A stretch of 63,999 bases of DNA, counting the filler, from Basidiobolus ranarum (lineage: Eukaryota), in NCBI GenBank assembly GCA_040143965.1. It is 22 parts of 22 records of this genome, joined end to end, with 100 filler letters (N's around TTAATTAATTAA, not from the genome) between each part and the next. Parts side by side here need not be neighbours in the genome. Positions count along the whole stretch, not along the records: positions 1 to 2,830 come from JASJQH010009815.1; positions 2,931 to 5,759 come from JASJQH010009816.1; positions 5,860 to 8,688 come from JASJQH010009817.1; positions 8,789 to 11,616 come from JASJQH010009818.1; positions 11,717 to 14,543 come from JASJQH010009819.1; 17 more parts are not named here. One strand, 5' to 3'. A program made the position numbers and the translations under genes. This document shows, piece by piece, positions 1 through 12,377 of the stretch; positions within the stretch are counted from its first letter, which is position 1, and the number at the start of each line of letters is the position of its first letter. Under the pieces are notes generated by a model, which saw only the letters and a list, made by a program, of their open reading frames with translations, did not search any database and was not told the DNA's origin.

Positions 1-80
1 CTGATAACTCCCACATCGTAACCAAAGAGGAAACCTCCGATAGCAGCAGCTGAAGCAGCGAGATATACTAATACACCCAT
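1..80 (-). CDS. MFS sugar porter family transporter, N-terminal fragment (runs off window start)
   Basis: Reverse strand reads MGVLVYLAASAAAIGGFLFGYDVGVIS, with the GGFLFGYDxGVIS TM1 signature of sugar porters; TATA-like TATAAA about 55 bp upstream. Confidence 0.85.
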   Translation of the reverse strand, partial: MGVLVYLAASAAAIGGFLFGYDVGVI

Positions 81-1839
81 AGTATGATAATTGTAAATGT
101 TTTATGATCTTTTGTAGAGACTTACCTTGGCTTTATATAGCGTGCTGTTCAAAGGGCTAGATTGTGGCTTAAGGCCTAACTTTATTTATGGAATGTACAC
201 AACTCCCCGCAGGAAATCTACCATGTTTGGTAATCTGAACAAACTCTTGTAGCAAGAATTATTCTATTTAGGATGTAGGTGCAATTTCCTGGTAAACAAA
301 TAACTGACTATAAGTCATGAGTTCAAATCCTCTGGATTCCATTGGTAGCTATACCTGTATAGGTCTAGAATCCGTATGTTCTTTTAAACTATTCGGCTCT
401 TGGTCGATTGAAGTTTCCAATCAGTCAACAATTAGTACTCAATTATTGTATACCTAATTGGGTCCTCAGAGTAGCCATCCAGATCAAGTTGCAAAAGGAA
501 ACTTCTCCATTGGTTCAACTAGAATCAAGTATCGATCCCCCGCACTGTCTATTGGAGGACAATCAATTGAAAGGATAACCATTGGAGCACTGAAATATCA
601 TAGCACTTTAATACTGTCGATTTAAAAACGACGCCTAAATAAGACGCGATGTTTCAAGCAAGAATTTGGATTCATTTAACTAGAAAGAATACAACATTTG
701 CAGTGGCGCTATAGTCAACAATGCAAGCACTGTATTGGTGCATGTTACATGGACAGATCCTATAGTGAGGAGAAGAGTTTATGTCCTGGAAGAAATTGGA
801 AAGTGGATGGTCGTAATAACCCATGCGAACATTCAACCTTCACTCATTCAAAACCCATCAATATCCACACTTGTTGGATACTAGGAACCTATGATGAAAA
901 ATGGAATAGCGCTGTAACAAGCGGGAAATACTAGTGACTGAGCTCATGTAACTTTACTACTTGGCACAATTGGGTAGGTGACGAATCGGCGAATACGAAT
1001 ATGAATATTTAGTCAGGTGTTGGTTGTCTTAGATTTGCCAGATCAACCAGTAGACTATATTATACATAAATTAGATCGCTTACCTCATGCTATTAGAGTA
1101 GAAAAACAAAGCACATTACTAATTTACCAATTTGAGAACGAAATCGAAACGAAATGAATTTACAGACACGCTAACCTGGTGAAAATGTTACCTGCTTTGA
1201 TGTATTGGCTCTAATTTCATTTATTATAGAAACCTTCATACTCGAGAGAATCGCAAGTTGTACTGATTCTAGTTACTAGCAACTTGATTTCATCGTAACT
1301 GGTACTTTATCCGTAAAAGTTAACAATACTGCCATTTTCTTCACTATATGCGATATCTTTTGTCACTAGGTGAAAGGATTTTCCTCCATCTATTTACAAA
1401 ACGAGAGTTCTTGTTCAGGTAAATCGAGTTGTGGGATGTATTATTGAAAGGTAAGTTTAGTTAGTAATTGCATGAATAAGTTCATATTGTCAACCATGCT
1501 AATGCTATTTTGATCCAGATGGAATCAAGCATTCATACCCGGCGCTTGATCAATTAATATTTTAGTCGATTGAGTTATCATAAAATATTGATTATTTGTA
1601 AACCTTAGTGGCCGGCAATTGAAGTCTCTGCACCTTGAGTGTTATACCATACCATTATGCTAGCATTGATTTTGTCTGGTTTCATTCATTACATACTTTG
1701 GTTATCTATCGATAGTTTCATATCCTAGGTAGGAAGTTCATGTAAAAATATACCAAAGAGAATATTCAAGGACTTCTTCATACCAGTATAAAATCCAATT
1801 CCGGCGGGATTAGTGATTAGGAGAACTGGAAGAAATGGT

Positions 1840-2140
1840 GGTCTTTGTTTAATGATTTGTTGAGTGTAAGTTAACATTTATACTTTTGTCAGGAAGTAGA
1901 CAAGACTGCATGTGAATTATGTTTAGGAATGTCCTAGGAATATGTTTACTAAGTTTGGGGACTTTTGAACAAAGTTGAGAAAATAATATAGACTTCAAAC
2001 TTTCAAGTTGGTAAAAATATTCTAAGTAAATACCTTATGAAGATATTGATTAATAACATAGTGAAAACTATATACTGTATCTAATATCCCACTGGAGCAC
2101 TTAATGATAGAGATACTTTTAGAATGTTACTTGGTATTCA
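1840..2140 (-). mobile_element. Degenerate solo LTR, similar to copia LTR family at 35933-36236 and 58437-58744
   Basis: Shares blocks such as aagttggtaaaaatattctaagtaaat and tgatttgttgagtgtaagttaaca with those LTR copies; boundaries approximate. Confidence 0.5.
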
Positions 2141-2542
2141 ATGTTGTGGGGCTGCGAATCCAATGCACCTTGCTTGTTAACTAGTTTAACTATATGTATC
2201 TTGTTACAGAAGTTCATGAACTTAGTAATCAAGTTGAACTGACACCGCTCTTACCTTCTAAAAAGCCAGACAAAGCGAAAAATACATTAACATAGTAATG
2301 TCACGTTTTTCTTACTTCAGAATGTAGAGATTTCTACTAAAGTCCATATTATATTCCATATTCTGTACTATCACCCAAAACTAAAGAAACCCATATTTGA
2401 AATGACTGGATTTATTTTTACGTTCAAACTTACACAAATATTTATAATTTTTTTAGAATAAGATTTTGTTCCAAAGAACTATCTTAACAATAAAATAACA
2501 AACCAGCATTTACAATATCCATGCGTAGGATTTGAACATTGA

Positions 2543-2830
2543 TTACCATTGGCGACCAGAGTTACGGTTACGAGGGTACTGCTCCTGATCATTTTCGTAT
2601 TGACTTCCTTGTCCACGACCATAACGACGGTTGCGAGGATATTGCTCCTCATCATTTTCATATTGACGACCTTGTCCACGGCCATAGCGACCGCTACGAG
2701 GATATTGCTCCTCATCATCTTCGTATTGACGACCTTGTCCACGACCATAGCGACCGCTACGAGGGTATTGTTCCTCATCATCTTCATATTGACGGCCTTA
2801 TCCACGACCATAACGACGGCTACGAGGATA
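2543..2830 (-). CDS. 3' part of a Tyr/Arg/Gly/acidic 21-aa tandem-repeat protein (YPRSGRYGRGQGRQYEDDEEQ), with in-frame TAA at 2798-2800; 5' end off contig
   Basis: 63-bp repeat, about 4.5 copies; many inter-repeat differences are synonymous in this minus frame; ends ...NSGRQW* followed by AT-rich 3' region. Confidence 0.6.
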
Positions 2831-2930
2831 NNNNNNNNNNNNNNNNNNNNNNNNNNNNNNNNNNNNNNNNNNNNTTAATTAATTAANNNNNNNNNNNNNN
2901 NNNNNNNNNNNNNNNNNNNNNNNNNNNNNN
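2831..2930. other. Artificial contig spacer N44-TTAATTAATTAA-N44 (21 such spacers, starting at 2831, 5760, 8689, 11617, 14544, 17470, 20395, 23319, 26242, 29164, 32085, 35006, 37926, 40845, 43764, 46680, 49595, 52510, 55424, 58337, 61249)
   Basis: Identical 100-bp linker with stops in all six frames; intervening contigs fall in length from about 2829 to 2812 bp. Confidence 0.98.
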
Positions 2931-3087
2931 TTTCCATACGCTTTGTATGGCCACAGAACCATCCTCCACATAGGTCATGTAAGTCTCGTTTATCTACTGT
3001 TGATGCCGTGTAGCCTTGTCCCATAGGTAGACTTTGAGCAGTCAAGGTAAACAGAGTAATGGCGACGTATAAGCTGGTGAACTTCAT
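2931..3087 (-). CDS. Secreted Kex2-processed repeat peptide precursor, paralog A (3' truncated by contig end)
   Basis: MKFTSLYVAITLFTLTAQS-LPMGQGYTASTVDKR-DLHDLCGGWFCGHT-KR-ME...: signal peptide and dibasic-flanked core. Confidence 0.9.
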
Positions 3088-3180
3088 TATTGCAGTGGAA
3101 AGATAGTCAAGTTTGTTGTAGTGTCGATGATATAGAAGAAGTGACGAGATCTGAGGATGTATGTTCTGTTTGTTGGCTAC

Positions 3181-3260
3181 TTATACGTTTTAGTGATTTT
3201 CTGAGAATGTATAGTAAGCGTTAGAGCGATCATTAATTCTGAGTACCTATTTTCCTAGAA
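3181..3260 (-). promoter_or_regulatory. Paralog A promoter: TATA box (~3181) and TTCCTAGAA motif (3252-3260)
   Basis: Same two-element arrangement upstream of every family member. Confidence 0.6.
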
Positions 3261-3764
3261 CACTTCGTGATTCATATGGATTACATTGCAACTTAGTACA
3301 TTTAAACCAGATTAAAACCTGATTATGTTAAGACATTTATCGGTTGGTGGATAGTTCAATGTTCACGCGTAGGATCTCACCTCTACACGGTAGATATGAG
3401 CAGGAATGTATCTGACAATATTCAAATATTTGGTCAGTTTGTGCTTTGTTGGATATTAAACCGGGATACTAGTACTTTTCTGTGCGCGATTGTAATTCGA
3501 CAAGCTTGCAACTTTAGCTTGTCATAGATATTTTTTGAACAATCCCAAAGCAGTTCAATATGATTTGAAGACAAAAGCAGCAACAGTATTCTTCCATAAG
3601 TAATGTAATAATATATTTAATTACATACAGACGCCTCCAGCACTGATAGCGGTTACATTATTAAATTTCAGTTATGTGACAAAAAAGGATTTAAATTTTC
3701 TACTATAATAGCTTGGTTAAGAACATGGTACAAGGCGACTGACTCCAGGTCAGTGTAGCTATGG

Positions 3765-3896
3765 CTATAGTACTAGTTGAATTGTAGAGCAATCTCTTTT
3801 GTCTCCTGCATCAACTTTGAAACCCTGCTCCACTGGTAAACTTTGTACGGCCAGAGTAAGAGCAGTAGAAACGGTAAATAAGCCGATGAGCCTCAT
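3765..3896 (-). pseudogene. Core-less paralog D of the peptide precursor family (43 aa)
   Basis: MRLIGLFTVSTALTLAVQSLPVEQGFKVDAGDKRDCSTIQLVL*: homologous signal and pro region up to DKRD, then the core is missing; family TATA at 3931-3940 and motif at 4007-4016 and 4135-4143. Confidence 0.8.
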
Positions 3897-4474
3897 TAAA
3901 GTATTTGAAGATTAGCATCCAGGCACCTAACTACTTATATGGTTTGGTGGCCCATAACTTAGCTACATAGCATATCACAGGTGAATATTTGATTCTGAGC
4001 CGTATCAACCTAGAATATTATGTTATACAATTCTGAAGAATATTTCGATGGCGTCAAAAGATATATCTCAAACCTTTTGTCATTTGACTGCTTATTTGAC
4101 TTAGTGAGTATCACTGGGAATAAGATATGTGGGATTCCTAGAATATTATGATATAAATCGATATTTCTGATTACTTTAGGATAAAACAAGTTGACCGAGA
4201 TTACTCCATCCAGATGGTATTTCCATTTGCTATGATCTTGAGATTTTCAACTAGAAACAAAGTAGAAATATTACAAGTAACATCAGATAATTTATTAAGT
4301 ACTGGAATTATTTGAGAGTCAAAAAAAACTATTCAAAATTGACTACAACAAGGGACAAAATGGCAAGAAATAACGGACAGTGAAATAACGATTAGTTAAT
4401 AGGTCTTGTTCACATAACTTCCCAACAATAGGCTAGTTTTTGTGAAAGTATTGTGGTGTATTATGGTGTAGAGT

Positions 4475-4861
4475 TTAACTGCTAGAATGATGGGTAATTT
4501 CTTTCATGCTGGATCTCAGATAGGTACGATGAAAGGCACTTCTTTTCCTAGTATGTCCGCAGAACCATCTACCGCATAAGTCATGTAGATCTCTCTTGTC
4601 GCTTGTGGTGGGTGATTGTTCACGTACTATTTGCTTTTCAATTCTAGTAAGAAGTTTTGGGTCAGTGTTAGTAGTTGGTGATTCGACTGGGCTCTCTGGA
4701 GTTATTTCATCACGTTTCGTATGGCCACAGAACCATCTGCCGCACAGGTCATGTAGATCTCTCTTGTCTCCTGCCAATTCTGCGGTGCCTTGACCCATAG
4801 GTAGACTTTGAGCAGCCATAGTGAAGACAGAAGACGCAACTAACATGGTAGCGAATCTCAT
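4475..4861 (-). CDS. Secreted Kex2-processed repeat peptide precursor, paralog B (128 aa, two cores)
   Basis: MRFATMLVASSVFTMAAQS-LP...DKR-DLHDLCGRWFCGHT-KR-spacer-DKR-DLHDLCGRWFCGHT-RKR-21-aa tail; ATG at 4861 chosen by homology. Confidence 0.93.
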   Translation of the reverse strand: MRFATMLVASSVFTMAAQSLPMGQGTAELAGDKRDLHDLCGRWFCGHTKRDEITPESPVESPTTNTDPKLLTRIEKQIVREQSPTTSDKRDLHDLCGRWFCGHTRKRSAFHRTYLRSSMKEITHHSSS

Positions 4862-4936
4862 GACGATATTGAAAGATGCTTGAGGTTGATATGATAACAG
4901 CACTATCCGATAAATCTTACACTGTCACCTAGCTAC

Positions 4937-5015
4937 TTATATAGTTTAGCGATCTTTTCTCTTATGTTGGAGGCAAAAATCAGGTTCATGTTGCGGAGTT
5001 GATTGATTCCCAGAA
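4937..5015 (-). promoter_or_regulatory. Paralog B promoter: TATA (4937-4943) and TTCCCAGAA motif (5007-5015)
   Basis: Spacing of about 70 bp, as in paralogs A, D and F. Confidence 0.6.
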
Positions 5016-5595
5016 CGCGTATCAGGTGACACACATTGGCGTAATATGAATTAAAGTATTCTGCCTGCTATATTTCTTTACCAAAGTTGTAATATTAAAC
5101 TTAATTGAAAATCATTCATGTACGCTGACTTATGGTTTTCATCTTCCCGTATTGGAACACGCTTCTGAATGCTAATCCCAGTTTCAAAATTGTGCTGTTT
5201 GCCAAGCAACATATTAGAATGAGATTCTCTACCCTCATTACTTTTATATGATATTGAAGCAGCATAGCCCAAGAAAATTCAAGCAAGTGACAAATGTCTG
5301 CTTAGTTTATAGCAATAAGAAATTTATTACATTATTCAATTGAACACAAAAAAAGAGTTCGAAAATAATTCAGTTTGATTGACACCAAGGCAAGAAACAG
5401 AGGACTCCGGGTCAGTGAATAAAATACTCGAAACTATTACGATATGGTTAATATCAAGACAAAAAATAACTGACTTTAGGTCGGGGAAGGATTGAGTACA
5501 GGTCATGTGCATGCTTAAATATCCAACAAAAACCGGTGATAGGGCTGCTAACTAAAAATTATATTAAATAAAACTCTAGCTCTGTTGTGCTGAGT

Positions 5596-5759
5596 TTAAT
5601 TGCTGAAAGAAGCTGCACTTTTGCTTATTGAAGACCGGAGGTGATCTCTTAAGGAAACACTTCGTTTCTTAGTGTGCCCACAGAACCACCTACCACACAA
5701 GTCATGTAGATCTCGCTTGTCACCGACGGTAGGTGGTTGTGTATGCACTGTTTCCTCCA
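5596..5759 (-). CDS. Peptide precursor paralog C, 3' half (5' end off contig)
   Basis: ...EETVHTQPPTVGDKR-DLHDLCGRWFCGHT-KKR-SVSLRDHLRSSISKSAASFSN*; not in the ORF track. Confidence 0.9.
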
Positions 5760-5877
5760 NNNNNNNNNNNNNNNNNNNNNNNNNNNNNNNNNNNNNNNNN
5801 NNNTTAATTAATTAANNNNNNNNNNNNNNNNNNNNNNNNNNNNNNNNNNNNNNNNNNNNTCTAAATGGACATTCCTC

Positions 5878-6729
5878 ATGGATCCAAAAGCAACTACTAG
5901 CTTTCCTATCACCACCCTAGAGGCTATATTTGAGAAATACTGTGGCTCATATACTCCAATACCTACCAGAAAGCAGCTAGTCAATTTGTTTTGTTACTAC
6001 AAAAACTATTGTCCAATCAGATTTCAGTGCACTATTAATGGTAGCAAAAGTGGGAGAAGCTTCCTTACCAGGCTTCAAGTAAGTGGGAATTATCTAGCTT
6101 CTGTGATGAAAGATGTTGATCATGCCTGGGACAAAAGATTTAGAGACTCTAATTTCCTTCCATTTCCTGGAGTATTTCCCAAAAGAGTTCATATCAGAAG
6201 TATTCTTGACACATATCAAGTAAGAATTAACAGGCCCAAAAGCAACCAAAAGCTATTCTATTCTGGCAAGTACAAAGCCCACTGTGTAAAGTTCCAGGCT
6301 TTGACAGATTTGGAAGGAAACATCATTTGGTTTAGTGGGCCACATCCAGGGAGACACCATGACAAAAGGCTTTGGGTTGAGAGGCATGCACCATTTGTAA
6401 GATATGAGAAGACTATGGCTGATTTGGCATATGTTGGGGAAGAATGCAGAAGGCTAGGATGTGTCACTGCTAACAAGAGGCCCAGAGGAGGGATACTCAC
6501 AGAGAGGCAAAAGCTTTATAATGACATTTTTTCCCATTTTAGAGCAAGAGTAGAACATAGCTTTGGTTTCCTAAAGAGATATAGCATTGTAGCAGGAAAG
6601 TATAGAGGAAAATCATTTTGTGGGCCTCAATCAAAGTTAGGCAAAGTAGTCAAAATCTTGATTAATTCTCAATACATCCATACTCAAAGATATCCATTGA
6701 GAGCTCTAGACTTAAGACACTATGAATAA
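5878..6729 (+). mobile_element. PIF/Harbinger-ISL2EU/IS5-like DDE transposase (DDE_Tnp_4-type), uninterrupted ORF
   Basis: Motifs ILDT...RINRP, FYSGKYKAHCVKFQ, GPHPGRHHD, MADLAY, RARVEHSFGFLK; frame open to the contig start. Confidence 0.85.
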
Positions 6730-7049
6730 AGCTTTCATTATCTTTTGAATGTGCAATAATGTCTAAAAGTACTTTTCTTAAACATACCACATAAGTAAAA
6801 TAAACTGTTTCCAAAATGGTAAATAACATCGTGCCGGATAGTGCCCAATCATGCCAATTTGTGCTGGCACACTTTTTAGCTGGCCTGATCTGGCTCAATA
6901 AAATGGAACAAGTCTATAGGTAAAAATTATGAAATTCCTATTCAGGCCATGACAAGCAATAATGCCAGAATATTACAATTAATGTAGCATTTGGAAGCAA
7001 CAAGTCAACAGTTAGAGAGGAACTCAACAATGATACAAGGCCTATTAAC

Positions 7050-7770
7050 AAGCCAGGCAACCTTCCAAGATCTCTGGTTTAATCAACTCTATCAAAAAAT
7101 TGGATCTATTTCATTCAGATTTGTGTAGACCTATGCAAAATTCATTTTTAGGTGAAAAAATATATGCAATCAGATTTATTGATGATTTTACAAGATATAT
7201 TTGAGTCTACTATATGAAAAGAAAATATGCAGGACTCTCAATTTTAAGGGATTTGAAAACACTTGTGAAGACTGAAACAGGAACTAAAATTATGAAAACA
7301 TACGCTGATGATGGAGGAGAATGTACTTCAACATTATTTAAGTACTTTTGTAAAATTGATGGAATTGAGCAAGAAACTACAGCCCCCTATTCCGCTCAAC
7401 AAAGTGGAGTTGCTGAAAGTGCTAACAGTACTATATTAGAAATGGCAAGATCTATGATAAATGCACATAATTTATCTCATAATCTTTGGGCAAAATCTGT
7501 TGCTAAAGCTTTATATCCAAGGAATAGCAGTTCTAGTAGAAGTCTGTCTAACCCTAGACCATATGAAGCTTGGTTTGGAGTTAAACATGATGCAAAGCAT
7601 TTAAGGGTCTTTGGATGTATTGCTTATGTTAAGGTTATGGCCAAAGATTGGTCTATATTGGATCCAAAAAGTAAGAAATGCATATTTCTGGGTTAATGTA
7701 CTCAAACTAAGGCCTACAGACTCCATGTCACCTAAATTTGCTACTTAAAAAGTCTGGGGATATGATGTTA
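7050..7770 (+). mobile_element. Ty1/copia integrase relic
   Basis: DDGGE, TAPYSAQQSGVAE, HLRVFGCIAY, DPKSKKCIFLG motifs with stops. Confidence 0.85.
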
Positions 7771-8199
7771 ATGAAATTGAAAAATATTCACCCAAAATGA
7801 CTGCACATTGTGAGGATAATTGATATCTGCCTAATCCAATCATTCAACCTATTTCAAAATCAAATGAGTTAAGAAAATAGCATACTTGTAGACCCTTCAA
7901 CTAAACTTTTGCTTACTGAAGTGCCTAATTCAATGCCATATATTATAGTACCTCTGTCCTAAGCCAGGAGATAAAATCAGATCCTAACAGATATGAGGAT
8001 TATTATTATAGGAAATGCATCACAATTTTAATCCATTTTAGATTGTCTGTTTACTGGACTTGTTCCATTGTGCCAGGATTTATTGGACCTTAAATCTATA
8101 CATTAGAGTAAATTGAACTGAAATTGATCATGCCAGAGAGTGCTGGATAGTGTCAAAATAAGCCACATAAATTTTAGAATACTTTGTCCAATTTGAAAT

Positions 8200-8688
8200 A
8201 CATAGCTTAAATTGGCACTATCATGGAGAACAAGTACACTTACCAGCATAAAATCTTCAAGTTATATTTGATTTTAATCCTTTTTTTCAGTTTCAGGAGT
8301 GAAATTTCAAGATCTCACAAAATAGTTGCACATGATTGGCTACAATCTCAGTGAAATAAGGATCAATGCATGTGCAAAAAATGTAACTCAAGTTTTACAT
8401 TTTTACCACTTGAATGAGAGTTTGTCAACTTCAATATCCCTAGTTTTTTGATACAATCTCCTGAATATTCTTATCAAGCACTTTGTAGTCAAGGTTTAGC
8501 TTATGCTCAACACAAGTTTGTAGCAATATCTCCCTCAAAGCCCACCATTGTGTTAACATTGCTGAATCATCATTCTTCCAGCTATCTGGTGGATACCCTG
8601 CAATATGGTGCCACTCTGTATTAAGTTCTTCCCAGATATCTGCAGAGTCAACACCAGACTGAATATCTAGTTAAATGTTCTTCTACTT
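8200..8688. repeat. Dispersed TE-derived repeat (also at about 22260-22730 and inverted at 26342-26500)
   Basis: Shared blocks such as gtgaaatttcaagatct...aaatagttgca and gctatctggtggataccctg. Confidence 0.7.
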
Positions 8689-8788
8689 NNNNNNNNNNNN
8701 NNNNNNNNNNNNNNNNNNNNNNNNNNNNNNNNTTAATTAATTAANNNNNNNNNNNNNNNNNNNNNNNNNNNNNNNNNNNNNNNNNNNN

Positions 8789-11616
8789 TAATACTAATCA
8801 GGCAAAAATCTTTTCAAAATTCCATTGGAATATATGCAAATCCATTACTTCCAGTCTTTGCATTTGAGTAAACACCTAGATGAGTGGATATTGATGGGAG
8901 TCCTAATAAGATATGATGGTATCTTGATGTTTTTAAGCATTTTCCCAATTGATTCAAACTTCAATCCTATCTCAAATGGCTCATTCATATTGAATTTTCC
9001 ACTATATAGCTGAGTGAGTAGTGTTGGTATGCTGTTGAATAGTAAGTGCATAATACCTAATGGGAAGCTCTTGCTCCAGCTGATCCCCTTTAGCAAAATA
9101 ATCTTAGGCTTGAGGCTGATACCAAGTTTGATGTTAGACTGACTATTTAGTGAGCTGATATCAGTGATTGTGTTGGAATCTGACTGGGCTCTTGATGGAA
9201 AAATCATGGAGTTTAGTTTTGTATTTGGATAGTTGTAATGAATATGCCTCATAGAGGAAACTCCATGGATTTGACAAAATCTACAGCAAGATAGCGCATT
9301 TTGCCTGCAAAAACCTCCACATTTACTGATGGAAGGAGTGTCAACAATACATACAATGATATTATCTTTAAAAAAATACTCACCCATCTGAACCCTATTA
9401 GATAACCATTCAAATTCCACAATCAAAGGCTCCAAAAAGCTGTCTATAAGCACTGATAATTTAGGTCAAGATACAATGGATAGTATCAAAATGTTATGAC
9501 TCTTGTACCATTTAGAAGGACGAACGTTTAAGTTAATTAAAATTCTTGGCCAGCAAGCCTTTCCAATGGTATATTTCTTTAGCAAGAAACCATCCAGAGC
9601 TAATGCAAATGCATGATCATATGTGTTCTCAAAGAACCCATGCCTTTTGAGATTCTGGTAATGATATCTACCAAGTATATTGGTAATTCCATCAGCTTTA
9701 TGGTAAGTACTTTGGTATTGAATCAATGATTTATGTTTTGTTGATTTCATCAATACTTCAAAGGATTAAAATGCAGCAATAATTGCTAACAGTTCCTTGT
9801 TATAGATGTGATAGTTGATTTCTGCTGCCAAGAACTTTCTTGAGTGTTAAGACAACAGTGTGCAGTTGGTTATCATCACCTCCTAGCAAAAATAAAATTA
9901 ATTGGATCCCAGTGGGATCCACCTTTCTGGATTGCAACACCATCAGAGAACTATCACAATATATTTAGCTTACATTCTGCCAGAGATTTTGATGGTATTT
10001 ATACATGTAAAAATAAAGATCCTTTTCTTTGGCATGCAATATATGATTTCTGTCAGTATTTGCAAAAATCTAATACTTGAATGCCAAATTACTGGGTTTA
10101 CTGCAGTAGGAATTCAAATTAATATGCCTGCCTTGATTTAGATATTTTAGGCTTTGTATTCCTTCCATAATAATAATCATAAAATACAAGAATCTTGTTG
10201 TATTTAGTCTCTACATTTGCACATACTTGACTGATCAGACATAACTCAGCACATGAATATGCTTTACCAGCAAACTAATGGTGAAAAAATTGCTATACAT
10301 CTGAAATTTTCAATAGCACAGACACTTTCAAATGGCTGACTCTTGTTACCATTTACAATGGGAATGAGCTCTTTGATTTTGGCAAATTTTGGTAAAGAAT
10401 TTAGCCAAAATATCTCTGACTTACAGTCAACATATGTCCTGCCACAAGTAGATTTGTCATTGCTTGAATAGATTACCCCATGGCTAAAACAATAATACTG
10501 TATATCTTGATCTATCTCACCAGGAAGTGTGTATTGCAGCTTTCCTAGAAATACTGTCAGATTATAACTAAAGCAAATTAGTCCAAATTACAGAGGTACT
10601 TACTCAGTATCCATGGATTGGGTTTTTTTGCTTTAATTGTGCTCAAATAATGCAAAAACCCATGAAGACATTGAAAAAAGCCCTTTGGTGGAAGATTAAT
10701 ATACTCTGGAGTCTCCTTAACCCATTGCATTACATCCATCACCCTGACAAAAATAAAATCAACTTGATCTAGATTGGATCCACCCTCCAAAAGAGCAAAA
10801 CCATCAGAGAACCATCACAATATTGGTGGCTTGCATTCTGCCAGGGATTTTGATGGTATAATGGTGGCTTCTTGACAGTATTTTGATGGTATTCATACAT
10901 GTTTAAACATTGAACCTCAAAATTGGCGTGTTATTCAATATCTGGCAATTTCTGCAAAAATATAATTTTTGAATGGCAAATTACTGGGTTTAATGTTATA
11001 GGAATTTGAATCAATATGAATGCCTTTATTAAGTTATTTTAGGCTTTGTGTTCCAGTGATAATGAGAATTAAAAAATACAAGAATTTTGTTGTGTTTAGT
11101 CCCCATATATGCACATACTTCACTGACTACACATAACTCAACAAAATCAATATGCTTTACCAGCAAACTAATGGTGGAAAAATTGCTAAACATCTGATAT
11201 TTTGAATAGCACTGACACTTGGCAAAGAGCTGACTCTTGTTACCATTCACAATGAAAATAAGCTCTTGGATTTTGGCAAATTTCCATAAAGAATTCAGCC
11301 AATATATACCTATCTTGCCATCAACAAATTTCCTGCCACAAGTAGATGTGCCATTGCTTGAATAGATCACCCCATGGCTAAAACAATAATAATACATATC
11401 TTGATCAGTCTCACCAAGAAGTCTGCCATGCAGCTTTCCTAAAAATACCATCAGATTATTACACAAACAAATTAGTCCAAATCAAAGAGGTACTTACTCA
11501 GTGTCCATTGATTGGGCTTTGTTGCTGTTATTGTGCTCAGACAAGGCAAAAACACATGAGCACATTGAAACGAGCCCTTTGTTGGAAGGTCCATACTCTC
11601 TGGAGTCTCCTGAACC
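8789..11616 (-). mobile_element. Decayed CACTA/En-Spm-like (Transposase_21-type) element fragments, with a gypsy RNase H scrap near 9760-9850
   Basis: FALALDGF, CWPxILINLN, HNILILSI, DSFLEPLIVEF motifs; downstream part present twice; HSRKFLAAEINY-type RNase H piece. Confidence 0.75.
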
Positions 11617-11730
11617 NNNNNNNNNNNNNNNNNNNNNNNNNNNNNNNNNNNNNNNNNNNNTTAATTAATTAANNNNNNNNNNNNNNNNNNNNNNNNNNNN
11701 NNNNNNNNNNNNNNNNATATCTAATCTCCT

Positions 11731-11809
11731 TTATAGTATAGCTATCATTCCGTGAAGGTGATGAAAGCAACTAGATGATTTGTGTTTCTCACTTGGTTGA
11801 TTCCTAGAA
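11731..11809 (-). promoter_or_regulatory. Orphan family promoter (TATA ~11731 and TTCCTAGAA 11801-11809) for a paralog beyond the contig's left end
   Basis: Same motifs and about 70-bp spacing as in the precursor promoters, with no ORF left on the contig. Confidence 0.55.
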
Positions 11810-12377
11810 TACAAATTTGGTGGCACCACAGAACAGGTAACTCTACAAAATCAATTGTAATCTGCTAATCCAAGTTATTGACCATACAACTATCTTCACT
11901 ATTTGACATGTTCTAATCAACACGCGCTTAGGATCGAAATGGTATAGTGAATATAAGTATGAGAGACGACAGTTCAAGTCAAATTGCCAAATACTAAGGT
12001 ATTACACTTCGCATACTTTGCTCAAGGTTGAACATGATCTTTGTTGAGGAATGATATAAGGTCATAGAAGAGTCAGAGTATAGTAGTATTTGCTATAGTT
12101 TTAGCAGATATAGCCTTAAGGTTTACTTACAATATATCGTTAAATCAATTAGTTTCCAACAAAATACATCTATATGAAGCAAGTACCAAATGATCTCTTG
12201 ATGTACAACATACTGGTATTTATTATATTAATAAACTGGATACGAAAGGAAAAAGTTCAAAATTATGTCAGTTTGGTTAGTGAAAAAGTATCAAAAAGCT
12301 AACTCCGATTTGTGGAAGATTGCTAGTGCATTAATGGTGATGATGATACGTTTGGGTATTACTTTGAAGTACTGAAA

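Noticed and set aside
2539-2886. His/Asp-rich metal-binding repeat ORF (+) and the hydrophobic repeat ORFs 2549-2878 and 2479-2811
   Set aside because: Shadow frames of a 63-bp repeat; the plus ORFs start at TTG, and substitution patterns favour the YPRSGRYG minus frame
5760-6729. Transposase, HSF gene, MFS transporters or subtilisin as parts of a peptide biosynthetic cluster
   Set aside because: They are on separate contigs adjacent only by size sorting; no linkage evidence
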